Shown in pieces: positions 9,483-20,790 of a DNA stretch of 64,000 nt; the first letter of the stretch is position 1; each line of letters starts with the position of its first letter. The DNA is taken from positions 367,178-431,177 of the forward strand of contig CAVTRY010000012.1 in the NCBI GenBank assembly GCA_963737265.1, read 5' to 3'. Source of the stretch: an uncultured delta proteobacterium (GTDB taxonomy: Bacteria; Myxococcota_A; Polyangia; Fen-1088). Under the pieces are notes generated by a model. That model worked only from the letters and a program-made list of their open reading frames with translations, did not search any database and had not been told where the DNA came from. A program made the position numbers and the translations under genes.

Positions 9483-10065
9483 TCAGCCTTTCTTCCGAAA
9501 TGCCATGATCATACCGTTCCAGATGAACGGAATTGGGCGACCAGCCCCGATGAACTGCACATTTGATGTGGCCGCCGTCCCAGAGTGCGGTAAGCGAACG
9601 ATCAATTCTGTTGGTTACGGCGAGCAAGATGTTCTTCACGTAGCCCCAGTACGGCGTCGTGACAATCACGAGTCCCCCTGGGACCAACGCTTCCTTGGAA
9701 CGCTGAACGAAGGTTCTCGGGCTGTACAGGTGTTCGATCACTTCCACCGAAACGACGGCGTCGAAGGACTGGACGCTGGGGAATGCTGCTCGGTAGTCGT
9801 CGTAGACCGACCAATTTGCAAAATGGCAGGACGGGTAGCGCTCCTTCGCCCGCAGGATTCCGCCGTCGGAAAGATCGAGTCCGTACATCTCGAAGCCGGC
9901 TTCAAGGAGGCTTTGAGTGAAATTCCCATCGCCGCAGCCCGCATCGAGCACTCGGTGGATCCTCGGTTCTTGCCGAAGGAGGTTGACGATGTTCCGTAGA
10001 TACATCGCCTGATGAGGCGGATCGGGCGATGCGTAGTCGGAATAGGTGTAGTTCGCTTCGGTCAT
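9483..10065 (-). pseudogene. Class I SAM methyltransferase with 3' internal deletion/frameshift
   Basis: VLDAGCGDG...EVIEHLYSP...WDGGHIK, then the natural tail VQFIGAGRPIPFIWNGMIMAFRKKG* in another frame after ~9560. Confidence 0.75.
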
Positions 10066-10389
10066 CCGGGTATTCCTTCGCGGCGTTTGCGTCGCCATTT
10101 CGTTCTAACCCGCTCGCGCGTCGATTGACTACCTTGCCGGCGGCGCCCGCGACGAGGGTATTCGTAAGCTCGTCGCGTCGTGGTTCATCGACTTTTCCCC
10201 CACCCGGCAAGCCCGGCCTAAAGGAACGGCCAGGTCCGAAACGGCTTGATACAAGTTGACGTTCACCCTAGAAGAAGCCAGCTAACCCATCTATGGGACG
10301 GGGAATCATGGAAACAAAGTGCGGCGGCAGAGCATTCAGAGGCACGGCTGGAGTCTGTCTACCCGAGTCCGGCCCCAGGAGCCAATGAG

Positions 10390-11313
10390 ATGAGGTTTCT
10401 AGGCAGCTTGCGCGAGTTCGAATCTAGCTTGAAGCTGGTGGTCCGCGGTTATGCCACCCATCCCATGTCCCGCTGGGCACCCTTGCGCGTCGCGCTTAAC
10501 ATGATTAGCTGGCAATTCCGAGCGCGTATCGACCCAGGCGACCACGAGGTGAAATGGATCGACGGGACCCGCCTGCTCGTTCGCCGCGGGATGACAGGGG
10601 CCACCGGCAACGTCTACTACGGTCTGGCCGAATTTCATGACATGGCGTTTATGCTGCACCTGCTCCGGCCCGAGGATCTGTTCGTTGATGTAGGGGCAAA
10701 TATTGGGGCCTATTCGGTCCTGGCCGCGGGAATATGCGGATCGCATGTCGTAGCAATAGAGCCCATTCACGCCACCTGGGTGAGGTTGAACGTGAATCTA
10801 GACTTGAATGATCTCCGCTCGCGGGTGGAGGTCATTGAGGCCTGCATCGGCGATTGTATCGGCTCGGTTCGCATGACCAGAGACCTCGACACGATGAATC
10901 GCATCGTTTCGGACGGCGAGATCGACCCGCCTTACCATGTTGAGGTACCCATGCGGACTCTCGACCAGATTCTTGAGGGGAGGTCGCCCCTACTCATCAA
11001 GATCGACACCGAAGGATTCGAAGGGAATGTTCTGCTCGGCGCCAGACACACCCTGCTATCGCCGTCCCTGCTTGCAGTGAGCGTCGAAGGTGACGCATCG
11101 AAGAGCTATCCAAGCCTGGATGGCCTTACGATTGCCGGTTGGATGAGCAATTTCAATTTCGTTCCCGTCTCATATGACGGCGCCACACGTACCGTCTCGA
11201 CAGATCCGTTGGCCTTCCCCATGCGGAACTTGTTGTTCGCCCGGAATCTTGAGGAATGCAAACGTCGACTGGCGTCGGCGCGATCGGTCCGGGTCCTGGG
11301 TACGCCGGTGTGA
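10390..11313 (+). CDS. FkbM-family methyltransferase
   Basis: FVDVGANIGAYS...AIEP...LIKIDTEGFEGNVLLGA; AGGAG SD. Confidence 0.9.
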   Translation: MRFLGSLREFESSLKLVVRGYATHPMSRWAPLRVALNMISWQFRARIDPGDHEVKWIDGTRLLVRRGMTGATGNVYYGLAEFHDMAFMLHLLRPEDLFVDVGANIGAYSVLAAGICGSHVVAIEPIHATWVRLNVNLDLNDLRSRVEVIEACIGDCIGSVRMTRDLDTMNRIVSDGEIDPPYHVEVPMRTLDQILEGRSPLLIKIDTEGFEGNVLLGARHTLLSPSLLAVSVEGDASKSYPSLDGLTIAGWMSNFNFVPVSYDGATRTVSTDPLAFPMRNLLFARNLEECKRRLASARSVRVLGTPV

Positions 11314-11353
11314 GCCCAACAATTTGAAGGTTGTCTTGCCTAGCACAGGCCAG

Positions 11354-12493
11354 ATGCATCAGAAGAACGCACGCCAATGGCTCCTTCTCGGTGGCGCACT
11401 GTCAGGGTACACCTTTGAGCTTTTTGAGACCGTTGCCGAGTTGGGCGGCGTGGACGTCCGCTTTCTCTATTGCCCACTCGACAGCCTCCCATCGTTCCAG
11501 CACGAACAGACGGGCGGTCTTTCGGCTGGTCGACTTTGGTGGGATAGGGCGGGATGGTCCGAGATACGAAGATTCGTCCGTGAGCCAGCGCCAGATGCTG
11601 TCTTCGTGTACGGCAATCTCCCCCGCATCAAGATGGCCTACGCTCTTTCCCAGATCCCCGGAGGCGTGCCCGTGTACTACGCAGCAGACACCAATATCGC
11701 TTCCCTTGCTGCGTCCCGCTGGAAGACTCGGATCAGACGGCTGGCTTGTCTGCAAGTGGCGCGAAGAGCTGTTGCGGCGCTGAGCCTTGGAAAGAGCAAT
11801 CGATCCGCTCTGCAGTTGCTCGGGTTCAGGCGCGTTATCGACCTGCCATCTTATGCCGTCGACTTCGAGGCCCTGGACCGCGCGTCCGCGGAAACGATTG
11901 CACGCGATATTCCGGATGATCGACGAAAACTCACGCTCCTGATCATCGCTCGGCTTGTGCCTGCGAAGAACCTACCGGCACTAGCCGCCGCCCTGGCGGC
12001 AGATCCAGGGTTGGCGAGCAATGTTCGGCTCATCATCGCCGGAGAGGGCCCAGATCGGATTGCCTTGGAAACAATCAAGGCCCGTTACCCGAACCTGGAT
12101 CTTGAGATCCTCGGGGCTGTACCACATTCGCAGGTCGGCCGGCTCTTCGCTGCCGCTGATGTTTTTCTCCTGCCGTCGCGGGTTGAACCCTGGGGCATCG
12201 TGGTGGTCGAAGCTCTTGGCATGGGAGTACCGGTCATAGCGACTCCGGAGGTTGGGGCTGCGGTCAGCCTCGCAGACGAGACGCATGCAGTCCTTCTTTC
12301 AAAATCCGCCGATCCTGATGACCTGCTGGCGATGATCCGTGTCTTCAAAGAGCGTCGGGCGTCGATCTCACAACTTGCTCGATTGGCGGCTTCAGGAATT
12401 CGGTCGCACTACGGAAGACGCGCGGTCGCCGGTGCACACCTGCAACTCGTCTACGGGCCGTTCGAAAGATTCGGCAAGTCCACGCTCGGTTGA
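11354..12493 (+). CDS. Glycosyltransferase family 4
   Basis: IARLVPAKN...DVFLLPSRVEPWGIVVVEALGMGVPVI; start uncertain. Confidence 0.8.
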   Translation: MHQKNARQWLLLGGALSGYTFELFETVAELGGVDVRFLYCPLDSLPSFQHEQTGGLSAGRLWWDRAGWSEIRRFVREPAPDAVFVYGNLPRIKMAYALSQIPGGVPVYYAADTNIASLAASRWKTRIRRLACLQVARRAVAALSLGKSNRSALQLLGFRRVIDLPSYAVDFEALDRASAETIARDIPDDRRKLTLLIIARLVPAKNLPALAAALAADPGLASNVRLIIAGEGPDRIALETIKARYPNLDLEILGAVPHSQVGRLFAAADVFLLPSRVEPWGIVVVEALGMGVPVIATPEVGAAVSLADETHAVLLSKSADPDDLLAMIRVFKERRASISQLARLAASGIRSHYGRRAVAGAHLQLVYGPFERFGKSTLG

Positions 12494-12503
12494 ATGGCGC
12501 CAC

Positions 12504-13739
12504 ATGCGCGTGCTTTTTCTCGCTACGTACTTTCCACGACCGAGCATTCCCCTCGCGGGAACATGGGCACTCGAACAGGCCAAGGCGTTGGCGGATGTCG
12601 TCGACCTCGAAGTGGCGTGCTGCACGCCATGGGTACCAGCGGCGTTCGGGATGTTCAGGCGGGCTCGTCCTTGGATCCATGTGCCATCGGTGCACCGCTG
12701 GGATCGCGTTACGGCGCGATATTACAAGACACTCTACTATCCAGTTCCGCCGTTCAACGCGTGGTCCTTCCCGGATCCTTCCCGCCAGATGTCGCTGGCG
12801 TGGCTGTCGGTGCGCGAGCGTCTGCTCGGGGCAATTGAGCGGTTTCACCCTGACGTCCTCTTCTGTCACCACACGGCCGTCAACGGCTATTTCGCGAGCC
12901 GCTTGCGCCCCCTCACTGGTCTGCCCTATGTGGTCACGGATCATGACTTCGATGAGATATCTCGGTGCATGGTCTTCCCCGGACGCCGGGCCTTCTTCGA
13001 GGCGATTCTTCGCGGGGCTTATCGCCACCTCAGTGTCTCGCGGCGCATGGAGGCGGACGTACGGCGCCTATTTCCCTTTGTTGCGGCCGAAACCCTGTTC
13101 AATGGAATCAACCTGCCGACGCAGGAAAGACCTCCGGTTCCGAGGCCGCCAGAAATACGCGACCGGCTTGTCGTGTTCAGCTCAGGCATGTTCACCGAGC
13201 GCAAGGGACTTGTCCTTCTCATCGAGGCCTTTGCTCGCGTGGCATCCAAACACCCAACGGCGGTTCTTCGCATTGCTGGCGACGGTCGCCTGCGCCAGAC
13301 GATTGAGGCGACCATCTCGCGGTGCCGGCTGCAAGATCGCGTGACTCTGCTCGGACTTGTGCCCCACGAAGACATGTTCCGCGAATTCGGCTGGTGCGAC
13401 CTGTTCGCCCTAGTGAGCTGGGATGAGCCCTTTGGCGTCGTCTATGTGGAGGCGATGAGCTCAGGGAAATCCATCATCGCATGTACCGATTGTGGAATCG
13501 CCGACATCGTCCAAGATGGCGTCCACGGCCTGCTCGTTCCGCCCAAGGATGCGGAAGGCGCCGCCTCGGCACTCGACCGTTTGTTGACTTCCGAGTCGGA
13601 CCGGCAACGCATGGGCAGCCAGGCCAAGACCTTGGCCCACGACCGCCTGACCTGGGCAGCCAACACCAGTCGCTTAGTCGCAACTTTCGAAGCTAGCCGC
13701 GCTCAAGGCTCGGCGACGGCCTTGCCCAGGTCCCGGTAG
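12504..13739 (+). CDS. Glycosyltransferase family 4
   Basis: MRVLFLATYFP...ERKG...DEPFGVVYVEAMSSGK. Confidence 0.9.
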   Translation: MRVLFLATYFPRPSIPLAGTWALEQAKALADVVDLEVACCTPWVPAAFGMFRRARPWIHVPSVHRWDRVTARYYKTLYYPVPPFNAWSFPDPSRQMSLAWLSVRERLLGAIERFHPDVLFCHHTAVNGYFASRLRPLTGLPYVVTDHDFDEISRCMVFPGRRAFFEAILRGAYRHLSVSRRMEADVRRLFPFVAAETLFNGINLPTQERPPVPRPPEIRDRLVVFSSGMFTERKGLVLLIEAFARVASKHPTAVLRIAGDGRLRQTIEATISRCRLQDRVTLLGLVPHEDMFREFGWCDLFALVSWDEPFGVVYVEAMSSGKSIIACTDCGIADIVQDGVHGLLVPPKDAEGAASALDRLLTSESDRQRMGSQAKTLAHDRLTWAANTSRLVATFEASRAQGSATALPRSR

Positions 13740-14785
13740 ACATCGTCCCGAACCTGTCGCGCCCGGTCGATGGCTTCGTGGCCATCCCGTTGTAGCCGCG
13801 CGTGGCCCGCGGCTGCGACACGCGCGCGCGCAGATTCGTTGTCGAGGTAATGGCGGATCTTTGTAAGCATCTCAGTGGGGCTGCGGAAGTACTCGGCTTC
13901 GACGCCCTCGGTGAACATTTCCGCCAGATCCGGAGTGTACTGCGCGAGCATGAACGTTCCAGCAGCCGGGATCTCGAAGCAGCGACGGGTGTAGGTATCG
14001 CGATTGAGTCCAGAAAAGAACGCCAACGCGATCTTCGTACCGTTGACGGCGAGATTGTAGTCTTCCTTGCCCAGGATTCCAACCCGGCCGAATCGTTGCT
14101 CGATTCGGGGAAAGAGTGGCGAGCGGTCCCAGAGCGGCCCCCAGAGGCGAAAGTCTACCTCCGGCACATCGAGCAGGACCGAGATGTAGTCGTCGCGGCC
14201 GTCCGACTCCCAGTGGCCGCAAAATGAAACGTCGCTACAAGATTCCGCGGAAAGAGGTCGCTGGATGGGATGGTTCAACTCGCGGACAAAGAACGAACGA
14301 AGCTGACCGACACACTTGCAACCCGCGCGCGCGAAGTCCTCGACGTTGCTTCGCCGGTAGGCATAGAGTCGGTCATAAATGGGAATGGACCACCGAAAGT
14401 GCTGCCAGACGTACCAGGGGTACGCCGATGAAAACGGATTGTCGTTGTGCCAGCCCACCAGATGAACCCCCCGCTGCCTGATTGCGGCCAGTGTGGAAGG
14501 CCAAGCCAGACCACCGCGGAACAGGAACAGGACATCGGGCCTCAATTCCTCCACTCTGCGCAGCAGCTCTAGGTTCAAACGCAGTACGCTGGGCCCCAGG
14601 AGCAGCCGAAATTGAGCGCGCACCCATCGTCTTCTGTAGGCAGCCCAAGGGCCCCCTGAAACAGGCAGCTGGCAGAAATGGGACTCTTTGAAGGCAAATA
14701 CTTCTTCGCCCAGCTGAGCCAGACGGTTGTAGATGGGCTCGGCGTAGATATGCGTGCTCCAGTCCTCTGCGAGCAGCCACTTCAT
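13703..14785 (-). CDS. CgeB-like glycosyltransferase (Glyco_trans_1_2)
   Basis: HNDNPF...NRDTYTRRCFEIPAAGTFML...FTEGVEAEYF. Confidence 0.8.
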   Translation of the reverse strand: MKWLLAEDWSTHIYAEPIYNRLAQLGEEVFAFKESHFCQLPVSGGPWAAYRRRWVRAQFRLLLGPSVLRLNLELLRRVEELRPDVLFLFRGGLAWPSTLAAIRQRGVHLVGWHNDNPFSSAYPWYVWQHFRWSIPIYDRLYAYRRSNVEDFARAGCKCVGQLRSFFVRELNHPIQRPLSAESCSDVSFCGHWESDGRDDYISVLLDVPEVDFRLWGPLWDRSPLFPRIEQRFGRVGILGKEDYNLAVNGTKIALAFFSGLNRDTYTRRCFEIPAAGTFMLAQYTPDLAEMFTEGVEAEYFRSPTEMLTKIRHYLDNESARARVAAAGHARLQRDGHEAIDRARQVRDDVYRDLGKAVAEP

Positions 14786-14843
14786 TGGGTTCGACCCCTC
14801 TTCATGACCACGGAGAACAGAGTTCTATGATCCAAGGCGTCAC

Positions 14844-15713
14844 TCAAGAACTTCCACAGGTCACCACGGCATCTCCCACCTCGGAACCTCTGTTTATCGA
14901 CTCTAGCAGGCACATGTGTCCCCGTTCTTTCCGGAAGAAAGTTACGTCGTGTGTGCCGTCATCGCGCGATCGACCTATCTGCAGAATTCCACCCTCGACG
15001 ATCGAGTCGAGTATTGCCGTCAGGGCCTTCAATATCTGCTCATCAGAAAACCAGAGATTCCTGTTGAGTACATTCATGCAACGTACGTACGTGAACCGGT
15101 CGACTATTCTGCTTTGAAAGACATCGTAGTCAATGCTCCTTAGCCGACCCTGTCGCAGATACTCAACCGTTCTCGGATCGAATAGGCAAATCTCCTTCAG
15201 CTGCTTGTCGAACGGCGGCATCCTCTCCAGAAGGCCATAGAGTATCTTTGCCACGGGGTAGCTCCTGCTCAATTCCTTGTCGGCGACCAGTGAAAAGAGA
15301 TACCCATAGAGGAGCCTCCGATCAGCATCGAAGATTCGGACAACCTGCCTGCCGGTGTAGTAGTAGCGGGTATATTTGTCGGAGATGTAGTACTCGACAT
15401 TCAGCTTCGAAAAGACGGCATCATAGAAGTCGCACGAGGTGACGCCACTTGAGACGCCAATGTCGTGTACGATATTAGGCCCGTGAGCGCTAACGTACCG
15501 TGCGGCAACGCCATCGAGGTCCGCAAATCGCCCGGCTGCCGTTGTCTTACCGTGCCGCTCTTCGGTGGTCATGTTCGAAATGATTGCGTTTCGGAGTGCG
15601 GAGTCGTTTACGCAGCCGATATCCGAAATGTTGAAAACCAAAAGCTTCGACAGCCATCTGTTGGAGTAGGCAAGTCGAATCAGTTTTTGATTTCTGGTTG
15701 CAATCTTGAGCAT
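14844..15713 (-). CDS. Hypothetical protein, SAM methyltransferase-like (CheR-like C-terminus)
   Basis: HDIGVSSGVTS...YVRCMNVLN...EGGILQIG; start follows the GT11 stop. Confidence 0.55.
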   Translation of the reverse strand: MLKIATRNQKLIRLAYSNRWLSKLLVFNISDIGCVNDSALRNAIISNMTTEERHGKTTAAGRFADLDGVAARYVSAHGPNIVHDIGVSSGVTSCDFYDAVFSKLNVEYYISDKYTRYYYTGRQVVRIFDADRRLLYGYLFSLVADKELSRSYPVAKILYGLLERMPPFDKQLKEICLFDPRTVEYLRQGRLRSIDYDVFQSRIVDRFTYVRCMNVLNRNLWFSDEQILKALTAILDSIVEGGILQIGRSRDDGTHDVTFFRKERGHMCLLESINRGSEVGDAVVTCGSS

Positions 15714-15733
15714 TGGAAACGCCTTCTGTTCTG

Positions 15734-16627
15734 CTAGATTCTGATCCACTGGGGCGGGATCAAGTCGGATGAGTCGATTGCTGGGTCGCGGAACCAGTTT
15801 GTCGGGCATACAACTATCTTGTCTTCCGAGGAAGCCAACCACGCCGCCCACCAGGCAAACGTACTGTTGGGAATCAGGAAGTGCTTGCAGCGTGACATCA
15901 ACGCAAGTTCCTCGCCGAACTTGTATCCCTTGTATTCCTGGCCCAAGATCGTTGTCGGGTAGTCGAACCGTAGGTTTTCCTTGCACCACTCTACGTCGTC
16001 GGATGTGATGAAGATGTGTGGACGCTTCAGCTTTGGGGCTATCTGCTCAACGCCGCGCTCATAGTACTCTCTGCCCACGAAACCGTGCGTGTCAATCGCG
16101 GACTGAACGGTCACATAGTCCGTCCTCCGAACGTTCACGGAGAGACTGTCGGTGGCGTCCATGTGGGCCGCTAGCCGTTCTCCTGCAGGCGAAAGGGGGC
16201 GCTTGACCTGGAACTCCGTGCGTAGAATGGCCTCGGCGCCCGCAAAATACTTTGGGCTTTGCCAGTAGCCGTCGAGATAGACGTTGCCTTTCGCATCCAG
16301 TACTTCGGGAAGAAACGCGACGGGCCCAAGGATGCGTCGCCGGAATCCCACCGAATCTTGCAGCCAAGCCAAGGCCGAAGAACCTCGCATATACAGAAGT
16401 GGAACAGGCAGGTGGCGTGCGAGGTAGGACAGCAGGGTGAGGCGAGGTTGGATGCGGAAGATGTCGAGATTGTATTCCCTAAATACAGCGTTGTTTCGCG
16501 GGAACCGATCCAGAAGGCTGGTGAGGTCGAGGGCCAGCTCGCCTCCAGTGCGTCGCTGTAGCTCTCGTCCGGCGGCGTACTGGAACATTTGATTGCCGAG
16601 CCCACCCTGGAGTTTGACAACTATCAT
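15734..16627 (-). CDS. Alpha-1,2-fucosyltransferase (GT11)
   Basis: MIVVKLQGGLGNQMFQYA...GYWQS...VRRTDY...SDDVEW...NSTFAWWAAWL. Confidence 0.92.
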   Translation of the reverse strand: MIVVKLQGGLGNQMFQYAAGRELQRRTGGELALDLTSLLDRFPRNNAVFREYNLDIFRIQPRLTLLSYLARHLPVPLLYMRGSSALAWLQDSVGFRRRILGPVAFLPEVLDAKGNVYLDGYWQSPKYFAGAEAILRTEFQVKRPLSPAGERLAAHMDATDSLSVNVRRTDYVTVQSAIDTHGFVGREYYERGVEQIAPKLKRPHIFITSDDVEWCKENLRFDYPTTILGQEYKGYKFGEELALMSRCKHFLIPNSTFAWWAAWLASSEDKIVVCPTNWFRDPAIDSSDLIPPQWIRI

Positions 16628-16670
16628 CTGTCGGTCCTTAGAGTCGCGTTCCCCGCTGACCGCCAGGGGG

Positions 16671-18653
16671 CTAGGGTGAGAGGCTGTTGAGAGTGGCTTG
16701 AAGCAACTCCCCTTCCACAGCGAGCCCCCTGCCCGCGAGGTTGACAGAGCCGCCAGGATCTCGCTCGATATTGCGGAGCATCCGGAAGTCATCGCGGAAT
16801 TCGTATATAAGCTGCCAAGGATATCGAGTTGCCCCTAGCTCGTAGACCTGCTGAGGTGCAGTGGCGACCACGTAGCTGTGGTACACGATGCGATTTCGAT
16901 CTTCTGGTTCGTCTGCAATCAGGAGAAGGTCCTTGCCATAGCGTGAAGACCTCCCAAGTCCAGCTTGAGCGAGTATAGTCGCATGGATATCGTGAGTTCC
17001 AACGACGGTATAGACATCTCGCGGTGGGGTTCCAGGAATTCGTACAATCAGGGGGATGGATAGAACCGGGGCGCGGGCGATGGCATGGTAAAAGACCCCA
17101 CCTTCTCCAAGCCCCTCGCCATGATCGGCGGCGAGGATGAGCACCGTGTTTTGCCAGCGAGGTCCGCTAGCCACGGCCGCCAAAAACTTCCCGATCGCTT
17201 CATCCACTCGGCGAACCGACTCGTCGTAGTGAACGATGTTTACTCCATGACGGGTTGCGTGCCCATGCACCTCCATACAATGGGTCCAGACAAATAGCGG
17301 TCGGCCACCTTCGGAGTTCTGCAACTCAACCGTCTTGTCGAATAATGTGGTGGTGTCGAGGTCCTGTGACGTTTTTGTATCCCGGGTCATCACACGGTTA
17401 AATCCCAATGCCAGAGAAGGGTAATACGCAAGAACGTCCTGCTGGATGACTGCAACGGTCGAATAGCCTAGCTCGCCCAACCTGCTTGCCAAGGTTGAGG
17501 TTCCGGGGGCGATTTGGGCAGTGGCCCCCAAGAATGCAGGAAGATGTGGAATCTCGTGCCAAAGGACCCCAGTCATCAGCTGAGACATCGATTCGACCGT
17601 TGCCGGGGCGGCGGCGTAGGCGCGTCGGAAATTCAAGGAGGAAGCGGCTAGGCGGTCCAAATTGGGCGTTAGCGAGACGGCACCTGAGCGCGCACCGATC
17701 CGGTCAGCTCTCAGCGTATCAATCGTGATGAGAAGAATGTTGGGATGCGTGGATGCGACGCTTGGTCTCTGGGTGTCCTGTGGGACTGTAGGATCAGATC
17801 GGGTCACTGGATGGGCGACGCGGTCTGCGATCGCAGACCGGATTTGCAGCACGGCGGGGCTTCGATTGTGGGCGGGGAGAAAACGAAGAACATAGCTGGG
17901 CAACGACCTACTCAGATAGACCAGCTCGAAGGCCGGGTCTTCAAGGCTCCATGGCAGTGACGCGGCTGCGAGGATCGACAGGGGGAGAACTCCGAAGCGA
18001 AGTCGCCAAATGCGCCACCGGGGTCGGAAGTACGCGGTCAACGCGACGACCAGCATCACCTCGGCGGCAATCACGAATCGAATCATCAGGAGGCCCCACA
18101 CCCACCATGTGACGAGAAGCAAGAGAAGAAGAAACGCAACCACGAGGCGAAAGAGCCCACCTGTCCGGCGCACGATGGCGTAAATATAGAAACTGGCGAC
18201 AAGCCAGACACATGCCAGCGCGAACGTGGCGAGCGACAAGTAGATAAGGCGAACCATAGGCGTTGGGATCGGGGCCAGCAACCTGATGACGAAAAGCAGC
18301 GAGGCTGAAAACCCCAGAAGGGCCGTCAGGGCTGAGAGAAAGGGAAGTCGATACTCGTTGGGCGTCTTGAAACGGAGAGGCAGGGGCAAACCGGGCTGGG
18401 CGACCATCACGAGGTGCATCGCCAAAATGCCTAACAGCGAAAAGACCACGGCGAGAAAGGTCGAAAGCGTCAGGGCCACCGCGCATGCGGCGAGCGCGCT
18501 GGGCCATCGTTCGGCACTTCTGATTGCCTGGGCGATTGCGAACTGAAAGTCCGGTAGGATCGCGGCAAACCCACCGAGAACGCCGGCGAAAAATGCCCGA
18601 CGACAGTCGGCTCGGAAAGGATTTGGAAGGCGAATTTGGACCGAGGTGGTCAT
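16671..18653 (-). CDS. Membrane-anchored sulfatase-like hydrolase/transferase (alkaline phosphatase superfamily)
   Basis: Multiple N-terminal TM segments; LLITIDTLRAD, APATVES (Thr at the nucleophile position), ADHGE. Confidence 0.8.
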   Translation of the reverse strand: MTTSVQIRLPNPFRADCRRAFFAGVLGGFAAILPDFQFAIAQAIRSAERWPSALAACAVALTLSTFLAVVFSLLGILAMHLVMVAQPGLPLPLRFKTPNEYRLPFLSALTALLGFSASLLFVIRLLAPIPTPMVRLIYLSLATFALACVWLVASFYIYAIVRRTGGLFRLVVAFLLLLLLVTWWVWGLLMIRFVIAAEVMLVVALTAYFRPRWRIWRLRFGVLPLSILAAASLPWSLEDPAFELVYLSRSLPSYVLRFLPAHNRSPAVLQIRSAIADRVAHPVTRSDPTVPQDTQRPSVASTHPNILLITIDTLRADRIGARSGAVSLTPNLDRLAASSLNFRRAYAAAPATVESMSQLMTGVLWHEIPHLPAFLGATAQIAPGTSTLASRLGELGYSTVAVIQQDVLAYYPSLALGFNRVMTRDTKTSQDLDTTTLFDKTVELQNSEGGRPLFVWTHCMEVHGHATRHGVNIVHYDESVRRVDEAIGKFLAAVASGPRWQNTVLILAADHGEGLGEGGVFYHAIARAPVLSIPLIVRIPGTPPRDVYTVVGTHDIHATILAQAGLGRSSRYGKDLLLIADEPEDRNRIVYHSYVVATAPQQVYELGATRYPWQLIYEFRDDFRMLRNIERDPGGSVNLAGRGLAVEGELLQATLNSLSP

Positions 18654-18873
18654 TGGTGATCCAGGTGTCGGAGTTTATCCAAGTTAGATGAACCGTTCCT
18701 CGGGCCACCACGGAAGACTTCGGGCGAGGATCGATCGGTGCTTGCAATGCGCCGTGAGAATGGCGAGGGAGCCAAAGTTGGACCCGTTGCAGCCCCTGAC
18801 GGGCGCCAGCGTAGATGGGTTGCATTGGGGAGTGGGGGCGATTTCAAGATGCACTAGTGTCGACCATACACCT

Positions 18874-19501
18874 TCACTCTGACAAGAAAAGATGTACGAT
18901 CTGTCGCGAGATCAGCCTTTCGAAGAACCCATACCGCCCCATGGCAGTGGCAACCCCGAAGGTCCAGAATTCTGCTGTCGTCCCCGGGGCCGTCCAGGGT
19001 TCAGAGCGAGCCTCCCGTATCGTCGTCCGGGTGGACCAAGGTCGGCGTTTCGCGCGTACGACGGCCAGACCATGCTCGGCTGTCAACGCCTCGAGATCGA
19101 CAATGGCCAGGTCGTCGAAGCGGCGCAGGTCGCGGTACATGGTGTTGACGTTGAGCACGATGCCGCCTGCGAGGTGCTCGAACGCCGGGTCGACCGACAG
19201 CGTCTCGATACCGAACACGCGGTGTTCACCAGTTGCGGCGGCGTCGATGAGCAAATTCGATCTGCGCCCCCATCGGGTAGATGACCAATGGGCCGGACTT
19301 CAGGTTGAAGAACAATTCGCGCAGAGCCGAAGCTTCGCCTATGTCGCGCACGAATCCGCCGAACTGCACGAGGCCACCATAGCCGGTCAGACCCGGGTCA
19401 GGTCGGCCGAAAAGAATCTTCCGTGGGTGGGGACGGTGGACACGGCAACTGCGCTGGTCCCCATTTCCGCGCTTGCCTCCAAGGGAATCTCGACGCATCT
19501 T
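18874..19501 (-). mobile_element. IS1380-like transposase remnant (frameshifted, truncated)
   Basis: LTGYGGLVQFGGF...IYPMGAQI / LIDAAATGEHRVFGIETLSVDP...YRDLRRFDD in two frames. Confidence 0.6.
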
Positions 19502-19736
19502 CTTGGTGTCTGGCACGGGACGAAGCGTTTGCATCGTAACGAACACAGATGCCCACGCCGGGCCTTGTTTTCAAGTGTATTCCACTCGTCCACGACGCTT
19601 TTCCATCGGAGAGTTGCCCCGGAGTCAGCGAAACCCAGGATCAATTCGGAATCCCTGCCCAAGTCAGGTCGGTATACGCAGATTCGAAATTTGCAGTATA
19701 TATGTGCCTATCGCCCTTTGTGAGGTGCGAATCGGT

Positions 19737-20522
19737 ATGGAAAATGCTGGTCTTGAACAAACGATGTTGCGACTAGGACGGCTTGTCGATCGAGCTTTGC
19801 GGCCCTTCGTGGACGTGAGAAAGGTGCTTACCTCTGCTCGGGAGATCCCTTGGTTTCTTCGATCCTTCTGGGAGTACAGGCGGCTCTCGGAAGGGCGATT
19901 GAGAATCTCTGACCTGTACCCTCAGCTAGGCGATAGGTGGGCGCCAGCAGGAACGGCAAGTGGCGACTACTTTCATCAGGATCTGTGGGCCGCGCGCAAG
20001 GTATTTGAGTCAGGAGTCCTTCAACATGTCGACATTGCATCAAGGGTCGATGGCTTTGTTGCCCATTGCGCTGTATTTGCCAAAGTCGTATACGTCGACG
20101 TGCGACCATTGCCTTGCGATGTTGGAAACGTAGAAATGCGAACTGGGCATCTCGGACGGTTGCCGTTCGACGATGCGTCTGTCTTTTCACTTTCTTGTCT
20201 CCATGTTGTGGAACACGTGGGCCTCGGTCGCTATGGCGATCCCATCGACCCGCAGGGGACTTTGAAGGCAATAGCTGATCTCCGCCGTGTCCTTGCGCCA
20301 CGGGGAAACCTCTATCTGGGGCTTCCTATCGGCCGCGAGCGTGTCTGTTTCAACGCCCACCGCATCACCAGTCCTGATGTTGTCATGACGGCGATGAGCG
20401 GACTTGAACTTGTAGAATTTGCAGCGGTGAATGACAAGGGAGAATTCGTCGAACACTGTCGGCCAGAGGCGTACCAAAACGTCGATTACTCTTGCGGCTT
20501 GTTCCACTTCCGCCAGGCTTGA
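19737..20522 (+). CDS. DUF268-type methyltransferase-like protein
   Basis: YFHQDLWAA...HVDIASRVDGFVAH...SCLHVVEHVGLGRYGDPIDP...FNAHR. Confidence 0.8.
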   Translation: MENAGLEQTMLRLGRLVDRALRPFVDVRKVLTSAREIPWFLRSFWEYRRLSEGRLRISDLYPQLGDRWAPAGTASGDYFHQDLWAARKVFESGVLQHVDIASRVDGFVAHCAVFAKVVYVDVRPLPCDVGNVEMRTGHLGRLPFDDASVFSLSCLHVVEHVGLGRYGDPIDPQGTLKAIADLRRVLAPRGNLYLGLPIGRERVCFNAHRITSPDVVMTAMSGLELVEFAAVNDKGEFVEHCRPEAYQNVDYSCGLFHFRQA

Positions 20523-20790
20523 CTCTGCTGGGCAATTGCATCCGTTCGACGATCCCTATCGTGACGTCGCCCCCGCAAGATGATTGCTTGGTCGCCGGAT
20601 GTAGACCCCGTTACAGGCAGCGGTGATGCTCTCGGCTGGATCTAGGGCATATTGGGGGCATGGAGAGGCGCGAAAGTTTGGCGCTGTCGTCGGCGGGGTC
20701 CGCTACCCACTTCCCCGAGAGAATATTGGATTAGGCGCGCGGCGTGATTCTGGACGGGAGCCGTGCTTCGGGGAGCGCCGCTCGCGCGTC